Assembly (NCBI GenBank): GCA_002633005.1
Contig: NMRA01000164.1
Span: 46,289 to 110,288 of the forward strand
Reading direction: 5' to 3'
Length of the DNA: 64,000 nucleotides
Source of the DNA: Phoronis australis
Lineage: Eukaryota; Animalia; Phoronida
Below, one piece after another: positions 1 through 12,400 of the stretch; positions within the stretch are counted from its first letter, which is position 1, and the number at the start of each line of letters is the position of its first letter. Below the pieces are notes generated by a model. That model was not told the DNA's origin. It was given only the letters and a program-made list of their open reading frames with translations, and ran no database searches. Position numbers and translations under genes: made by a program.

Positions 1-578
1 CGGCATGACAGATGAGGTAAAAACGTTGCACGTCAATTCGCCTGAATATCAGGGTTGCGGCACCGCAGTATTTCCCTAATCAAATCAAAATATATCTTAA
101 AGTAGAGAAGCTAGTTACCAAAAGAAATCAGCTATAGAACTGCTCTTTCAGCGGTGAATCCATCTAAAATGCTTGGCTACTTCAGAAGTGTCGACGGAAG
201 CGCGCGCACAATTAATTCCCGCGCGCTTTGCCGATGAGCCACAAAGACTCAACAATTCACAATGCAAAAAACTATATTTTCAGAGTGAACCCCCCTCAAT
301 TTTTTCCACTGAAGTTGGTTTACTTGGGGTTTACACACGCTGGCGGTGACGTTTTTGTTTTGCTGGATACGCTTTTTTTTTTAATTTTTGGGTCCTGGCT
401 CGAGGGGGGGGTTAAACCCCCTGAGCCCCCCCGTAGATCCGCCACTGAGCAGAAAAGATCTGATCAATGGCTTGGCTACACGAAACGTGGCCACTTGGTC
501 AGATTTTAAAACCATGCTGAGTTGATATGTGATTTGTAGCCTATGTGTACTTCAACATTTCAAATCGTCTCTTATGTG

Positions 579-1632
579 CAGTGCTGTAGTGGGGGGGGGG
601 GCGGTAGGCGCGCGTAGGCGCAGCCAACCACCTTTTTGTTTTTTAATGTAGCGCCTACCCACCGTAAATTACAGTATAGTGGGGCGTACGCGCACTTGCG
701 CGCAGCCAACCACCTTTCTACTTTTTAAGGTAGCACCCATAAACGCGCCTTACGTGACGGTTAAGTGGGGCGTAGTATTGAAACTTTATTTATTTATTTA
801 TTTGTTATTGTGATATTTAAAATGAGGGTGGCCTCTTCAGTGACAGCACTGCTTTCCAAGAGGGTCCTCAAACGATTAGCTTACGGCATCAATGCGCTGC
901 TGCGGCTGACGACAGCATTGTTGCCGAACATTTCGGCGCGCGCGACCACCAGCCCTATGCTTCGATGAGCTATTGGCAAACATCAAAAACAGCATGTCTT
1001 ACTTTGCTCTTTGAAGTGCACGCGGTTGCTGCAGCTGGTCATTGCAATGGACTCGTTCAAACGAGACGAACCCATTGATGCCAAATTATAAGTTTAATTG
1101 AGGGCCGCTATGAAACGACAATCAACTGGTTGCCAATCGGTACTAAAATATTTTAAGAAGATGCCGAGATCAGAAAGCACGGGACCAAACCCCCCTGCTG
1201 ACAGTGACTCATTTGCTGAAACTAGTATTCCTGAAACGGATCCCTCCACGTCTGAAACGGAAATATCTGCAGGTGATCCAGATAATGACTCCACAGTGGC
1301 CAAGCGTGTGGAATTACGATCAGTGGATGGAATTCAAGAAAAAGTATCCCTGGTTGGAACACAAGGATGGAAAGCTGGGTTGCGTTTCTTGCTATAATGT
1401 ACTAGACCTAGGTTTGATGAAAGAAAGTGGCGTATCAACATCTTCGGAGTGGACACAGTTTCTGATAGAAGCAGCTGGAGATTCCCGACTGGCTAAACTT
1501 AAGTCGCTCAGGAGTAAAATCAGTCGTCATATGAGCTCTAAAGCCCACAACATTGCTCAAAGTATTGACGAAACGAAAAGTAAAAGGGCAATTGAAAATA
1601 CATCGGTTAAAGTTGCAGGCCTACGCTTTTGA
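579..1632 (+). mobile_element. Truncated hAT-like DNA transposon: left end plus transposase N-terminal relic
   Basis: Starts with CAGTGCTGTAGTGGG (hAT-like terminus) and subterminal GCGCAGCCAACCACCTTT repeats. A related inverted left-end copy lies at about 35215-35498. Followed by a zinc-finger coding relic. Confidence 0.6.
1110..1632 (+). pseudogene. Frameshifted, truncated TTF-type zinc-finger N-terminus of a hAT-family transposase (KIAA1586/ZNF862/ZMYM-like)
   Basis: ORF 1098-1397 (MKRQ...SVLKYFKK plus acidic linker) shifts into ORF 1204-1632 with W...KKYPWL...LGCVSC...RHMSSKAH. It stops before any DDE domain. Confidence 0.6.
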
Positions 1633-4165
1633 AGTTCTCCTCTCCTAATAATATATATCCGCGCATACGCTCATAGAAGTTGGACTGGCGGCATTGTTTT
1701 GTTTACATTAAAGGTCAAAGGTCACTTTGAATAGTATGTTTTTCACATTCTGTGCCCCATTAAGAGATACGAAAATAGAAGCAGCAGTTGTACTGTAAAC
1801 CAATCAAAACAAATAAGTGTTCATTATAATATCATGGAAGACGGAGCCTTTTTTGCAGGCAAATCATAAGAATAAATAATGGAAATCGCCTCTGTTTCAA
1901 GATTGAATTTCCTTATAGGTGTTGAGACCAATAATTGAGACAGGGAACCTGAAGGAAATCAGTATAGCATTATACCGGTATTTATTATACGGTAAGCAGT
2001 CCCCGAACTGAGTCGTGGTTGTTTTAACACTCAGTGAATATGATAGTTTTTGCAGCAAGCAAATAGCTGCAACGTTTTCTGAAATGGTGACTTTTTGCAC
2101 GCCAAACGTTTTATGCTCAGAGTAATAACTTACGGGTATACAATTTTACATTTATGTCACGCATACAAAGGAAAGGCAGTCGAAGGAACAAAAACACGAA
2201 ATACTCAGTTTAAGGCATAAACAAGTAGAAGGAGTCGCAGTCTGTGCCTATATGGGGAACATTTCACCAAAATTTTCTTTGGGAAAATCCCGAGGGTCGC
2301 TCTCCCATAGAAGGGGTGATCATTAGGCATGTGCCGCCAACTCGCGTGGACATTTTGGCCTTGTTAAAGATGTTGTGAGGTGGGTAATTTAATTGGCTTG
2401 AGGTATAGTCTCGGGTAGGTATCTGGGATACTTTCAGGCATTGTCTTGGATTTGTTAAAATGGTGAAATCGGGGGGTCAATATTTTTGACCGAGAATTCG
2501 TCATCATAACTGTATAGCTGGAATTTCAACTTTGATCTCTAGCAGTTGCGCCGCGCATGGGTGGGAATTGTTAGCATTTGTTTTGTACGAACAAAGTAAG
2601 TTTAGAGCTGTTATCGTCGAAAACTTCATCGGAACGAATTTCATTTACATTTTTGGAATATTTTGCCGTCTAATGCCCCAAAACATTGTTAAACGGAGGA
2701 CCATCTGCTTGCTGTGGGTACTACCCTTGCTTAGCTGGTAGGCGTAACGATAACCGTGTAGACGTGTTCCTATAACTGCGAAAGTTTATAATTTCCTTAC
2801 AATGTATCCGCGTAATAACTTGATACTACTTGAACCCCGATAACATCCCAAAATCGTGTACCTAGGACAAATAATAACAAATATATATTTGTTAACACTA
2901 GGCCAATGCGAGAATTTGTCACCTTGTTTACTATTACTAAAACGTTTCACAACTTCGTTCCTTTTTCAACCGAATTGAATAAAAGTCATATCATTAGAAA
3001 CCCCTTCATCAGCTCTTGATGTTTTATGGTCATGTAAGAATCAAAAGATAAAACATACTTCATTAACAAATATCTTGTTTCGTTCTTGACTGGTAAAAGG
3101 TTTTTTTAATTCTAAAAACTAAGTGTTACCAAAACGCGATCCCCCGTTTGACAATGGTTGGAGCCTTCGGTCCACAAAATATTACAAAGCATAGGTGGAA
3201 TTTGTTCAGAAGTCGTTTTGTGATAACAGTTCTAAACTTACTTCGTTTATACCAACAACTGGTCCATCCTAAGCCTCATAGTCCATAACACCGGAGCAAA
3301 CGAATGCAAACAATTCCCACTCATGTGCAGTGCAACCTGAGCCGCGAGAGAGTTCTATGTTTTCACGTTTTCCATAGAACCGAGGACATGGCCAATGTCA
3401 ACTCCCTCAAGTGACCCAAACACTCAAGCCCCATAATTTCACGATTGCTTCATAATCATTTCCTCATTTTTGTTCATATTGGAATCGCCAAGGGAGACTC
3501 GTGTGGTAAGGTTCCAGACAACCAGCGATTTCTTGGAAAATTAGTCATTAAACCCGACAACTTGAATTACACTGGGCATTTTTTATACGCGCCACCCACA
3601 TAAACTAAGAATAAAACAAAACATTTAATCACTAATCTATGAGTCTGTGTTGTTGAATGTCGGAGTAGTTCTGCATGCCGCAGTAGTCATGGCCACGTGC
3701 TGATGGACACACAAGTCGTCTCGACCGCGCCCTCACAACAGTGCCACCGACCATCATTGTCACTGCTATCACTCGACGTCACAGCATTTGACGCAGTAAC
3801 AAGTTCCTCAGCGGCACAAGGGCGCAGGTGGCATCGATTCCGTCGAATTTCTTGACCATTTTCCGTTGCCAGCTAATGAAAACAGCCACCATGTTTTTCT
3901 GTGATTTTTGCTAGAAACCACTTTTTTCGATCTTTGGCCAGCACGCGAATTGTTTGGCCCTTTACCAGCGGTGGTACGTCTTTTGCGTGTCAAATGCCTT
4001 GCGTTTTCTGTCTTGCGGAAAGTTCAGAATTACGGTCGCTGTAAATCTCGGGACCCAGAAGCGTTGCTGTTACCCTATAGTGAAAAAAGCTCAGCGAAAC
4101 CTGTACGGAGTCAATGGGTGTGGGTGTATTGTTCAGTAAGGCATTGACATTCTTACAGCACATTA

Positions 4166-4994
4166 CAGATGCGGATCTAGGATATCACAAGGGGGAGGGC
4201 CAACATTTTATCCGGCTGTAAGCATTTGCGCAAACCACGATTGTAGATGCGCAAAGCACCGAATGGGGGAGGTCGGAAATTTTTCTGTTTTTTCCTCTAA
4301 AAATCAAGCATTTTCCTTGGTTCCTGAAGTTTTTATTATCCAAGAAAAAAAGTCAAAACTAAAAACGCGGAGAACATGTCAAAACAGGAACAAGTGCGAT
4401 AACCACAGGCTCGAACTCATGATCTGGCGGAAAGGGCACGTGTGCTTTGCCACTACACCACCACGATTTTTCTGCTAATCTTACACCAAGAGACCTACTT
4501 GTTTATGGTCCACAGCGTTTGCGCGCGAAACCTACTTCTTTTTGTAATGCTTATTACACGTTTTATATTTTGTGCAATAGGTTCTTAACAAATTTGTTAT
4601 ATTTAAAATAGTCTTTAAATGCCCAAAAGACCAAATCCGTTTTTCGTGTTGGCAATAATGACGGAATTGCTTTGGAAATCGTCTTAAGTTAAGGTTTGAC
4701 AAAGACAGAATTATGAGTTTCTGAGTGATTCACTAAGGTTTCGATTAAAATTCACATCTTACCAGCAGCTTCTGTTTTTTTCATCGTCACTCAGGTTCCA
4801 TTTTCTTTAAAGAATGAAGTAAATTTTCTTCATTGCACAGTGGAGCAGACGACGGAAACGGAGTCGTAGTGCGCAGCGCCACTGCCGGTCGCCTGGGATA
4901 TCGCGGGAGTCGCCTGGGATATCGCGGGAGAGCCTATATTTAGTTATAGTTCCGTTACGGATGCGCCGTGTTCCGAATTTGACACTTGAAATTG
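4166..4994 (+). repeat. Dispersed composite repeat family A, copy 1
   Basis: Collinear with and highly similar to 36360-37287, from GCGGATCTAGGATATCACAAGGGGG to ATGCGCCGTGTTCCGAATTTGAC. Contains minus-strand A-box/B-box-like motifs at about 4408-4460. Confidence 0.85.
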
Positions 4995-5264
4995 ATTACG
5001 CTCTTGCTGTTTTTTTTTTTTTTTGCGGCAGCCATTAAGCGCTTCTTTATGATAGGCGTGACATAGCCAACATGTCGCTCAATAAACAGGTCAGGGTGAC
5101 GATGTGGGAACCATTTTCCGATAATATTTCACGAGGACCTCCAAAATAACTGAGCACATTCTTTGTTACTTTAAATAGGCCTAGAACGCAATAAACAAAC
5201 TAAAAATTTCAATATCGAAAGTAGTTTTCTACCACCAAATTAGAATTCAATTTGCTCACTAGGG

Positions 5265-5648
5265 CCCGGTCTCTAATGTTTGTACTCGAAATTATTATTG
5301 GCAATTCTCTGCTCTTTTGTGCGAACTCAAGATAAGTGGTTATTTGACTGTTGGAATGCGTTATAGTTTACGCATTACGAGTTTCTAGTCCAAGTTTGCA
5401 CTTGATGACCGTTACATTCGTGCTAGAAACTTGAATAAAAACTCGAAATTTTGAGTTCAAACTCGAACTTTTAGCCTTAATGTTGGGTTTATCAATTGCA
5501 AACTAGGACTAATAAATTATCCACGTAAACTCATTATCTGCTCAAGCGTAAAATAATAGACGCTTACCTTGAGTTCGCACAAAAGTAAAGCTGAAAATGC
5601 CTAACATAATTTCGAGATCCATGTCGGGTAAAAAGGTTAGAGACTGGG
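5265..5648. mobile_element. MITE with long imperfect terminal inverted repeats
   Basis: CCCGGTCTCTAA...CTCGAAATTAT...TTTTGTGCGAACTCAAG on the left pairs with CTTGAGTTCGCACAAAA...ATAATTTCGAG...TTAGAGACTGGG on the right. Confidence 0.65.
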
Positions 5649-6695
5649 ATTTGTTCGTAAAGATTTTTAATTTATGTTGATATCAAAGCAATTTTGAATA
5701 GACGAGCTCAATGCACTAGAACCTCATGGATCAAACATAAAAACTTCTTAAATTATATCATTGATTTTTTTCCGCAACAATGTATCATATTCATTACGCC
5801 ACATCTTAAATGTCAATTGTCATACAGTTTGATTTTACTTTATTTCTGTTTCTGTTGAAGGATGTTATCATATCCGAAAATTTCAGCTGATCCATTCTTG
5901 TTTTATTTACCTATATATATTCTACATTTCGTGAAACAATAGTATCCTTGAGAGGATCTGGATCGCCTTATTTAGTTTCAGATTTATTTTCTACGTTCCG
6001 CTTTTTGTTTCAAATTTCAAAAAAGCGACCTGTCAACTGCTCGCCACTTCGTCAATTTTTCTCGCCAGGCAAAACATGTCTCTCCTTATTTGGTAGGCGT
6101 CGCACATTTCCTTTATATGGAAAATGTGACCTTTGACCTCAAGCGACTTCAAGCAATTGACTGAGCGAATTCGCGCATTTATCATAAGTGGGTGGGAGAT
6201 CAGAAACTCTGTGACAACCAAAGATTCTTTCCTTCGCACGTATTTCAAAAATCGTAAATTTTGTGATTTTTCTGTCAATTTCCTCATAGGGAAGGTAAAT
6301 TACTTTGTACCAGACGTATTTTCATCAAGAATTGTTTAAGAGATATTTTTGACGAGCTTTCGCTTTCTATGCCTCTTTAACAGCGGATTCGTAAGAGGTC
6401 GACGACAGTTCCTTTATTACTAAAATAATTTGAGGTGATAAGAAAATTTCGAGAGACTATCGAGAACTAGTCAGTACCCTTTCAGCTCGACCCAAGGATT
6501 CCAGGCCTTTAGCATGGGTGGCGCACCATAGGGTGCTGGGGGACTTTTTTCAGTGCTGCGCCGCCCGTGTTTCTTGCATGTGCAGTGTTTCTTTGATTGG
6601 CTTGCGCTGGAGGTTTTGCATTAATCTTTAATTTCTTTGTTTATTCCGAGCCAGAACACACTGGTGTTTCAGGCCCGTAGCCAGGGGTGGTCGAT

Positions 6696-6752
6696 ATTAT
6701 TCCACGTATCGACCTCGACCTTAATTCGGTCTCGGTCGATACGCGGGATAAT
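6696..6752. repeat. Short palindrome/hairpin
   Basis: ATTATTCCACGTATCGACC pairs with GGTCGATACGCGGGATAAT. Confidence 0.6.
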
Positions 6753-7162
6753 GTCTCGTGGGATATTACTTCATGTACGCCACTCTCGTTACGTTTTGTG
6801 TATGTAGTTTAGTCTTGGTATTGTCTCGGCTAGGGCTTTTCATCATTTAGTATTTTCTCGGGTGGGTATTGCGTGGTCTGCCAATGTACTGATTGCGTAG
6901 GTTTGGATTTTGACGTCACAGTGGCACACCCCTGCCCAGTTTTGGAGGGAACCCATCTCGGGAGATCCTCTTCAAAACGCGTTACTCCCAATAAAGGCGC
7001 TTGTGCCTGAACTGTAAATAACCACCGGGTATAAACCTACGTAGTTATTCCGCGAGGGAGATTACGATTTGGCAGGGAAATGTGATGTGTATGCTGGATG
7101 TGTTAAAGCAAACGCTCGCGTAAGCCTATGTGGTTCGATCCACTCTAGGAACCAGTACTGTT

Positions 7163-7669
7163 GCCCGTTTCATGAAAACTGACGTAAGACCCAAGACCAA
7201 AAATTTGTCTAAGACCGATATTGGTGCTAAACTGAAACTGAAGAAGAAATTTTATGAAAGACCGTTTCGTGAACACTAAGTCCGTTTTTTGTCTTCGGAA
7301 ATTATATGTCGGGTTTTGATGAAGATGAGCATACAAACTACGCGGTCGACACCTGTTGTGAATAAAAAAGCTAAGCGAGGCAGTGTGTGAAATACGCTTT
7401 CAAAAATAATCCTGGTACTGCAACTAACTCGCCCTGCATTGTTACTACGAGTCTCGGCCGCCTTGCCGGTTCTCGAATCGAAAGCAGGCGATCTTCAATT
7501 TGACATTATTAAGGGACCTTAAATTGTGAAAAAATAACGACGAAATTTGTTACTCGACAGTTTGGAGTGATGATAATCTTAAATTTTGGTCATTTAGACC
7601 AAAAGCGCAAATTTAGCTTAGACTGATTTCTTTCTTAATTTTGGTCCTAAGTAAGTTCATGAAACGGGC
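7163..7669. mobile_element. MITE, Harbinger-like termini
   Basis: TIR GCCCGTTTCATGAA / TTCATGAAACGGGC, with subterminal GACCAAAA / TTTTGGTC. Confidence 0.6.
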
Positions 7670-8174
7670 CCCTAGTTCCAAGATCCACTGCGTTGCATCT
7701 GGTTCCTAGATTGCATTTAGGGATAACCGACATAAAGCACCACAGCAGTTGAATATTTTAATTACTATAATCTGAATTTTGAAGACTTAAATGTTCAAAA
7801 TGTGGGATAGATATAATATTACATGCCCTGAACAGTAATGATTTCCCGTATCCAATGTAGCCCCCCCTAGTGGAACTAGGAGGAATTGATACCGTCGGAG
7901 CACAAATGAGAAACAACAGCCTCGCCATGTAAATAATCTTTATAAATCTTGTTCTCACCACTACATAAACACTGAAAAATCAATAACTAAAAAACTTATG
8001 AAAACGTAGAACTAATCGTAACAAGTAATAGGCCGTGACGAAAGCCATTTTGAAAGCTTGCACAGAAAGCAATCAAACAAATTCCTTATAATTCAATTGT
8101 AACAGCAAACAGAACCACTAGTCAATTTTTGAGATATTGAGACGTCGCTCTTTAAACTGAGCTGTGATTGCATA

Positions 8175-8870
8175 TTACTTTGTGTCGCAAAGAGCAGCCA
8201 CTCCTCTAAGGATCCATTTGTCAGGATTCTGCAAAGTTTTCAAGCTTACGCACGTAATAAACATAAGGTCAGTGCGTTGTGGCTTCTTGTAAACAGGGCA
8301 CTGGTACATCTTTTGGTCCTTGTTGCCACCTTGATTACTAGTCGCATACATGTGGATCACAGGAATTTGTACAAAAAGCACCTTCGGAAGAGGCTCAGTG
8401 AGGCGTGCATTGCGCCTATCCCAAGCCGCACCATCAAGGAATAGCCCATAAAAATTGACCCCTTCTTCTGGTGCCACCGTGATGTCTTCCTTGAACACTT
8501 TGAGTACGTCGTTGCAGAGTGTGACTGTGTCAAGAGCCCAACCTTTGTGCGCACGCGTCATCTCCTGGCGCATGGCTGTTAAGAATCCCTGGGGATTAAA
8601 GAAACCTGTCATCCAGAAGACGTTGGGTCTACCGTGGAATACCCACTTATAGAACTGCTCGTTGCGCTCGATGAGATCAGTAAACCAAAAGCCGATAGTA
8701 CTCGATTCCCACGAGACTCTCTTCCAAATGTTGGGCACACGGGCGTCGTACAGATTATCGAGGGCGTCGCGTAGATTCTCGTTCATAATGATGGTACCTT
8801 CGATCGCAAGTTTTAAGTCGGTTAGTGTTGCTCTCACGAGTGCTATGACTCTTTGCATACGGTCAATCTC
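8175..8870 (-). CDS. DNAH5: Axonemal dynein heavy chain (DNAH5/DNAH8 class), last coding exon (C-terminal domain)
   Basis: Acceptor ttcttcgcag|GAG in phase 0. Encodes EIDRMQRV...[18 protein letters not shown]...YQCPVYK...[13 protein letters not shown], joining in frame to IFLRQ of the previous exon. DNAH5 versus DNAH8 orthology is unresolved. Confidence 0.95.
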   Translation of the reverse strand, partial: EIDRMQRVIALVRATLTDLKLAIEGTIIMNENLRDALDNLYDARVPNIWKRVSWESSTIGFWFTDLIERNEQFYKWVFHGRPNVFWMTGFFNPQGFLTAMRQEMTRAHKGWALDTVTLCNDVLKVFKEDITVAPEEGVNFYGLFLDGAAWDRRNARLTEPLPKVLFVQIPVIHMYATSNQGGNKDQKMYQCPVYKKPQRTDLMFITCVSLKTLQNPDKWILRGVAALCDTK

Positions 8871-9413
8871 CTGCGAAGAAAATAGTAAAATTGTTACTAA
8901 TACCGTCATGCGCCACCGTCAGTTGTCCTGAAATGTCCATCTACATGTTTGCGGGAAATGCATTGTAGGCATCCCCACTCGCTGTTTGTTCCCAAAAAGT
9001 GCCCATAGCAGAATTTCCTTCTATTCCCCATTACTTGATATTGAACCCTTCGTGCATTTTTATACCGTCTTTTCGAAATAAAGGAGCTACTAATTGAGCT
9101 CATGGTTTTTTGCTGTTAAAAAAGGTTTCAAGTTTTGCCAGCAAAAACGTCTATTATAAATTTCTCCTAATGGATATTTACGGGTCGAAATGGTCTTTTT
9201 TCGAAGTTAGGATTCCTGTGAAGTTTTTACGCAATTTTTTAAAATAATCTTGTCTAGTCCCAAACTGTTACAATACGTCTTCTAGGAATATTACTTTTTT
9301 GACTTCCCAGTTCATCATAGGTGTTTTCGGGTTAGGAAAAAAGAATCCAAATAGCGAACAAGCTGACTTGCAGAAAAAAGCAATAGGTGCTTGCTGCGTT
9401 TAGTGCAACATAC

Positions 9414-12400
9414 CTGTCGTAAAAAGATGTTTGATGGCTGAAGATGCCCCATTTTCTTTAAGTTATCCTGCACCTCGTGCTTGACGTAATCCATCGGTAG
9501 TTTTGATAGCATATCTTCTGCGTGTCTATACACAACAGCTTCGCGCGTTTCACCAATTCCTACACCGCTGTCCTTGGGCTGAATGTTTACAATAGTGTCC
9601 AAAATATCCTTTGCCCTGTTGCTCTGGTACGTGATGTCGGCATTCGGATGCAGGCCAAATACTTCAGGTGAATCAATGCTGGGGAGACATTCGATGAACT
9701 CCTCCACTTCTTCGTGTTTAGCTAATCTGGGTATGCTGTAGCCTGCATAAAAGGCGTAGTTTTCTTTGAACATGTGGTCGCCAAACCATACTTTTGCAAA
9801 AGTGTTCAACAAGCGCTTATCAAAGTCGTCGGTCACTCTACCACCGTACTGGACTTCGGCAATCATATAGCGGACTGTAGTCCAGGAGACGCCTCGCTTA
9901 ATATCCAGGTCGTCCAAGTGATTGTGTACAAACTGCACACTGGCTAACCAATCCGAGTAATTGAACTCGTACGGTATATTCCAGCCCAGAGAGCCATATT
10001 TTCTTCTTTCTTGCAGAACACTGTGAAGAAATGAAACGGCATAAAGCATTGGCTTCCACTGACACATGTTACTGATGTCCAGAAACTCCTGTGTAATGCC
10101 TGCATAAGTGCGTTTCAACCCTGCCTTGACGCCCTGCGGGGGCTCGTTCGTAAATTTGATGGATATCTGTAGGAGATTAATGGAAAAGTTTGGATGTACT
10201 TCGGTTGTAATCCAAACTCGGAACTGTTCGTGAATCGTTTCCGTTTCAGTAATGACAGAGAAGAGTTCTTCTAAAAAGTTAAGACCCAAGTGACAGTTTT
10301 GTAATAATACCCATCCTCCAGAGACAATCAGGGAGTTTACCAACTTCCGAGCATGTATTTCCTGGCCCTGGCCCATCGATATAGCTTGACAAGAAAGCCT
10401 GAGTCTTTTGGATAATGTTTCTATCGCATTAGTTGGATCTGACCCCATAGATAGGAGTCCAATCAGTGGAGTACGACAATTGCTTTCCTCGACGAGCTCT
10501 TCTAAGTTAAGAATAACTGGTTTGGCGTATTGCTTTCCTAAGGAACTTGCTATGTAATGTCTGGCCTGAGAGGTAACTCGATCTGCGCACCAAGCCCGAA
10601 TAAGAAGTAATCGTCGAAATGGGTCCAAAGAGTTATCATACCCATCTGGAATGGCTTCTTCTTCAGGAGCATCCTTCTCATACCACTGCTTCCAAACTTT
10701 CTCATTTCTAGGGATTTGGTTCAACAGGTCGGAAAAAGCGTTTAACCTGCTCAGTTGTACCAAATTAAGCCATGTCATGTCCAGGATCCACTTGCACGGT
10801 TTCGGCTCAACTGTGTGTAGTTCCAGTGCAGCTCCCCCTTTAATCAACATCTGGAATTCTGGAGGTTTGACGTGTCCAAGATCCATATCAATTCGAAGGG
10901 TGAGAAGCAGTGTGAACAAAAATTTATGGGTCTCATAGAGACCTCGACAGGAGTACCTAAACACTTCCTTGGTCAGGTAATCCACTATATTCATGATACG
11001 CTTAGACGCTAGTGGAGATCTTCCAGAGCGGTTGACGGACATGTCAAATAGCTGCAGAAACTGACGCAGTGATGTTTGATACATGCAATTTACCATGCTC
11101 ATGTCACATATCAAAAAGTAAAGAATGCTTCCTCTACTCGCCACAGGTCTGAATTCATCCCTGGCAGTATTGATTTTCGTTTCGGTCTCGGCAGAAATGA
11201 GAAGTTTTTCGCTCACGTCTGCCGCAGTTGCTTTTGTGACGTGCAGTACTACTATCAACGACTCATCATCAACTAGTGAACCTTGAGTACTTGTTAGTTT
11301 ATGTAGTAAATTGTCCTCAAGCGCTTTCATTTTACGTTTGTTGTTCAGAACGTCTTCAATAAGCCGCGTGCGTTCCGCTTCGAGCTCAGCCTTTTCAGCA
11401 AGAGTGACTCTGCTCAGAAGCTGATCTTCAAGCCCGCGCATGGTGACGGTAAAATCTATAATTGAAGTGCGTGCACTAATTTCTGGAGTATACGCTGGAT
11501 TTGGTAGTTTAGTTGTGATATACAAGAAAAATCCACTCATGACGTCACATTCTTTGTCACCAACCTGAACTTTTAAGATTGTCCCCGATTTGATGAAATT
11601 GCGTTCGAGAAGATTGTCTAGAATTGGATCAATTTCTTCTTCAATGTCCTCAATTAGTAGAGGTCGGCCTAAAGATAGTGAATCTTCCAAGTGGTTTCTA
11701 AAGTATTTATGGTTGAGTGACGTCACCTGGAGCTCTTTGTCTTTCTCTTTGTTTTTTATCCAAGTTTTACCTTGAGCTTGGGGGTCGATAAGCAATGGAT
11801 ATCTTGTTGCTTTTGTGACAATTATTCCGTTCTGAATGGACAGCTCGTTATTAGGCAGTCCTTGGATATTCCATTCACAAACTATTGAGTTGTCAACCAA
11901 AGCTTCAATAATAGACAGATTTGGCGTGTATGGAATCTTCCGCTTTTTAAGAGTTTTTTCCCATGATGACAAAAGACCGAGCCTGAACTCCTGATTGAAG
12001 GGTCCAGCGTATGATAGGAATCCTGTAAGTATGAGTACGTCGCCTACCAGTCGATCTATGCTGGCCATGAGCTCCTGACTTACAGTTGTCCACCTTTCTC
12101 GTTCGCCCGCCAAACCAGTTATAAGTTCTGTGGCGGCGTTCATCTTTTTTCTGCAAGCCATAGCTCCGTCGCTTACGCGTTTTTTCTCGAGCATCGCGGC
12201 ATCGTACTGATCCTTTGAACGTGCAAGATCTTGCTCTTTCTCATCCAGAGTAGCCTGTGCAGCATTGAGCTCAACTGTGGCTGCCTCTAATCTATTTTGC
12301 TGTATGGCTAAGTTAGCCTTCAGGGGGAGGACATCTTTATTTATTCCAAAAAACACAGACATGGCAACTGTCCAAGACAGTAACCCTGCAACATCTCCAC

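Noticed and set aside
9315-9413. ORF-track C-terminus VCCTKRSKHLLL..., and the ORF-track starts at 22400 and 8909
   Set aside because: Read-through into introns; the splice sites give an in-frame join to canonical dynein sequence.
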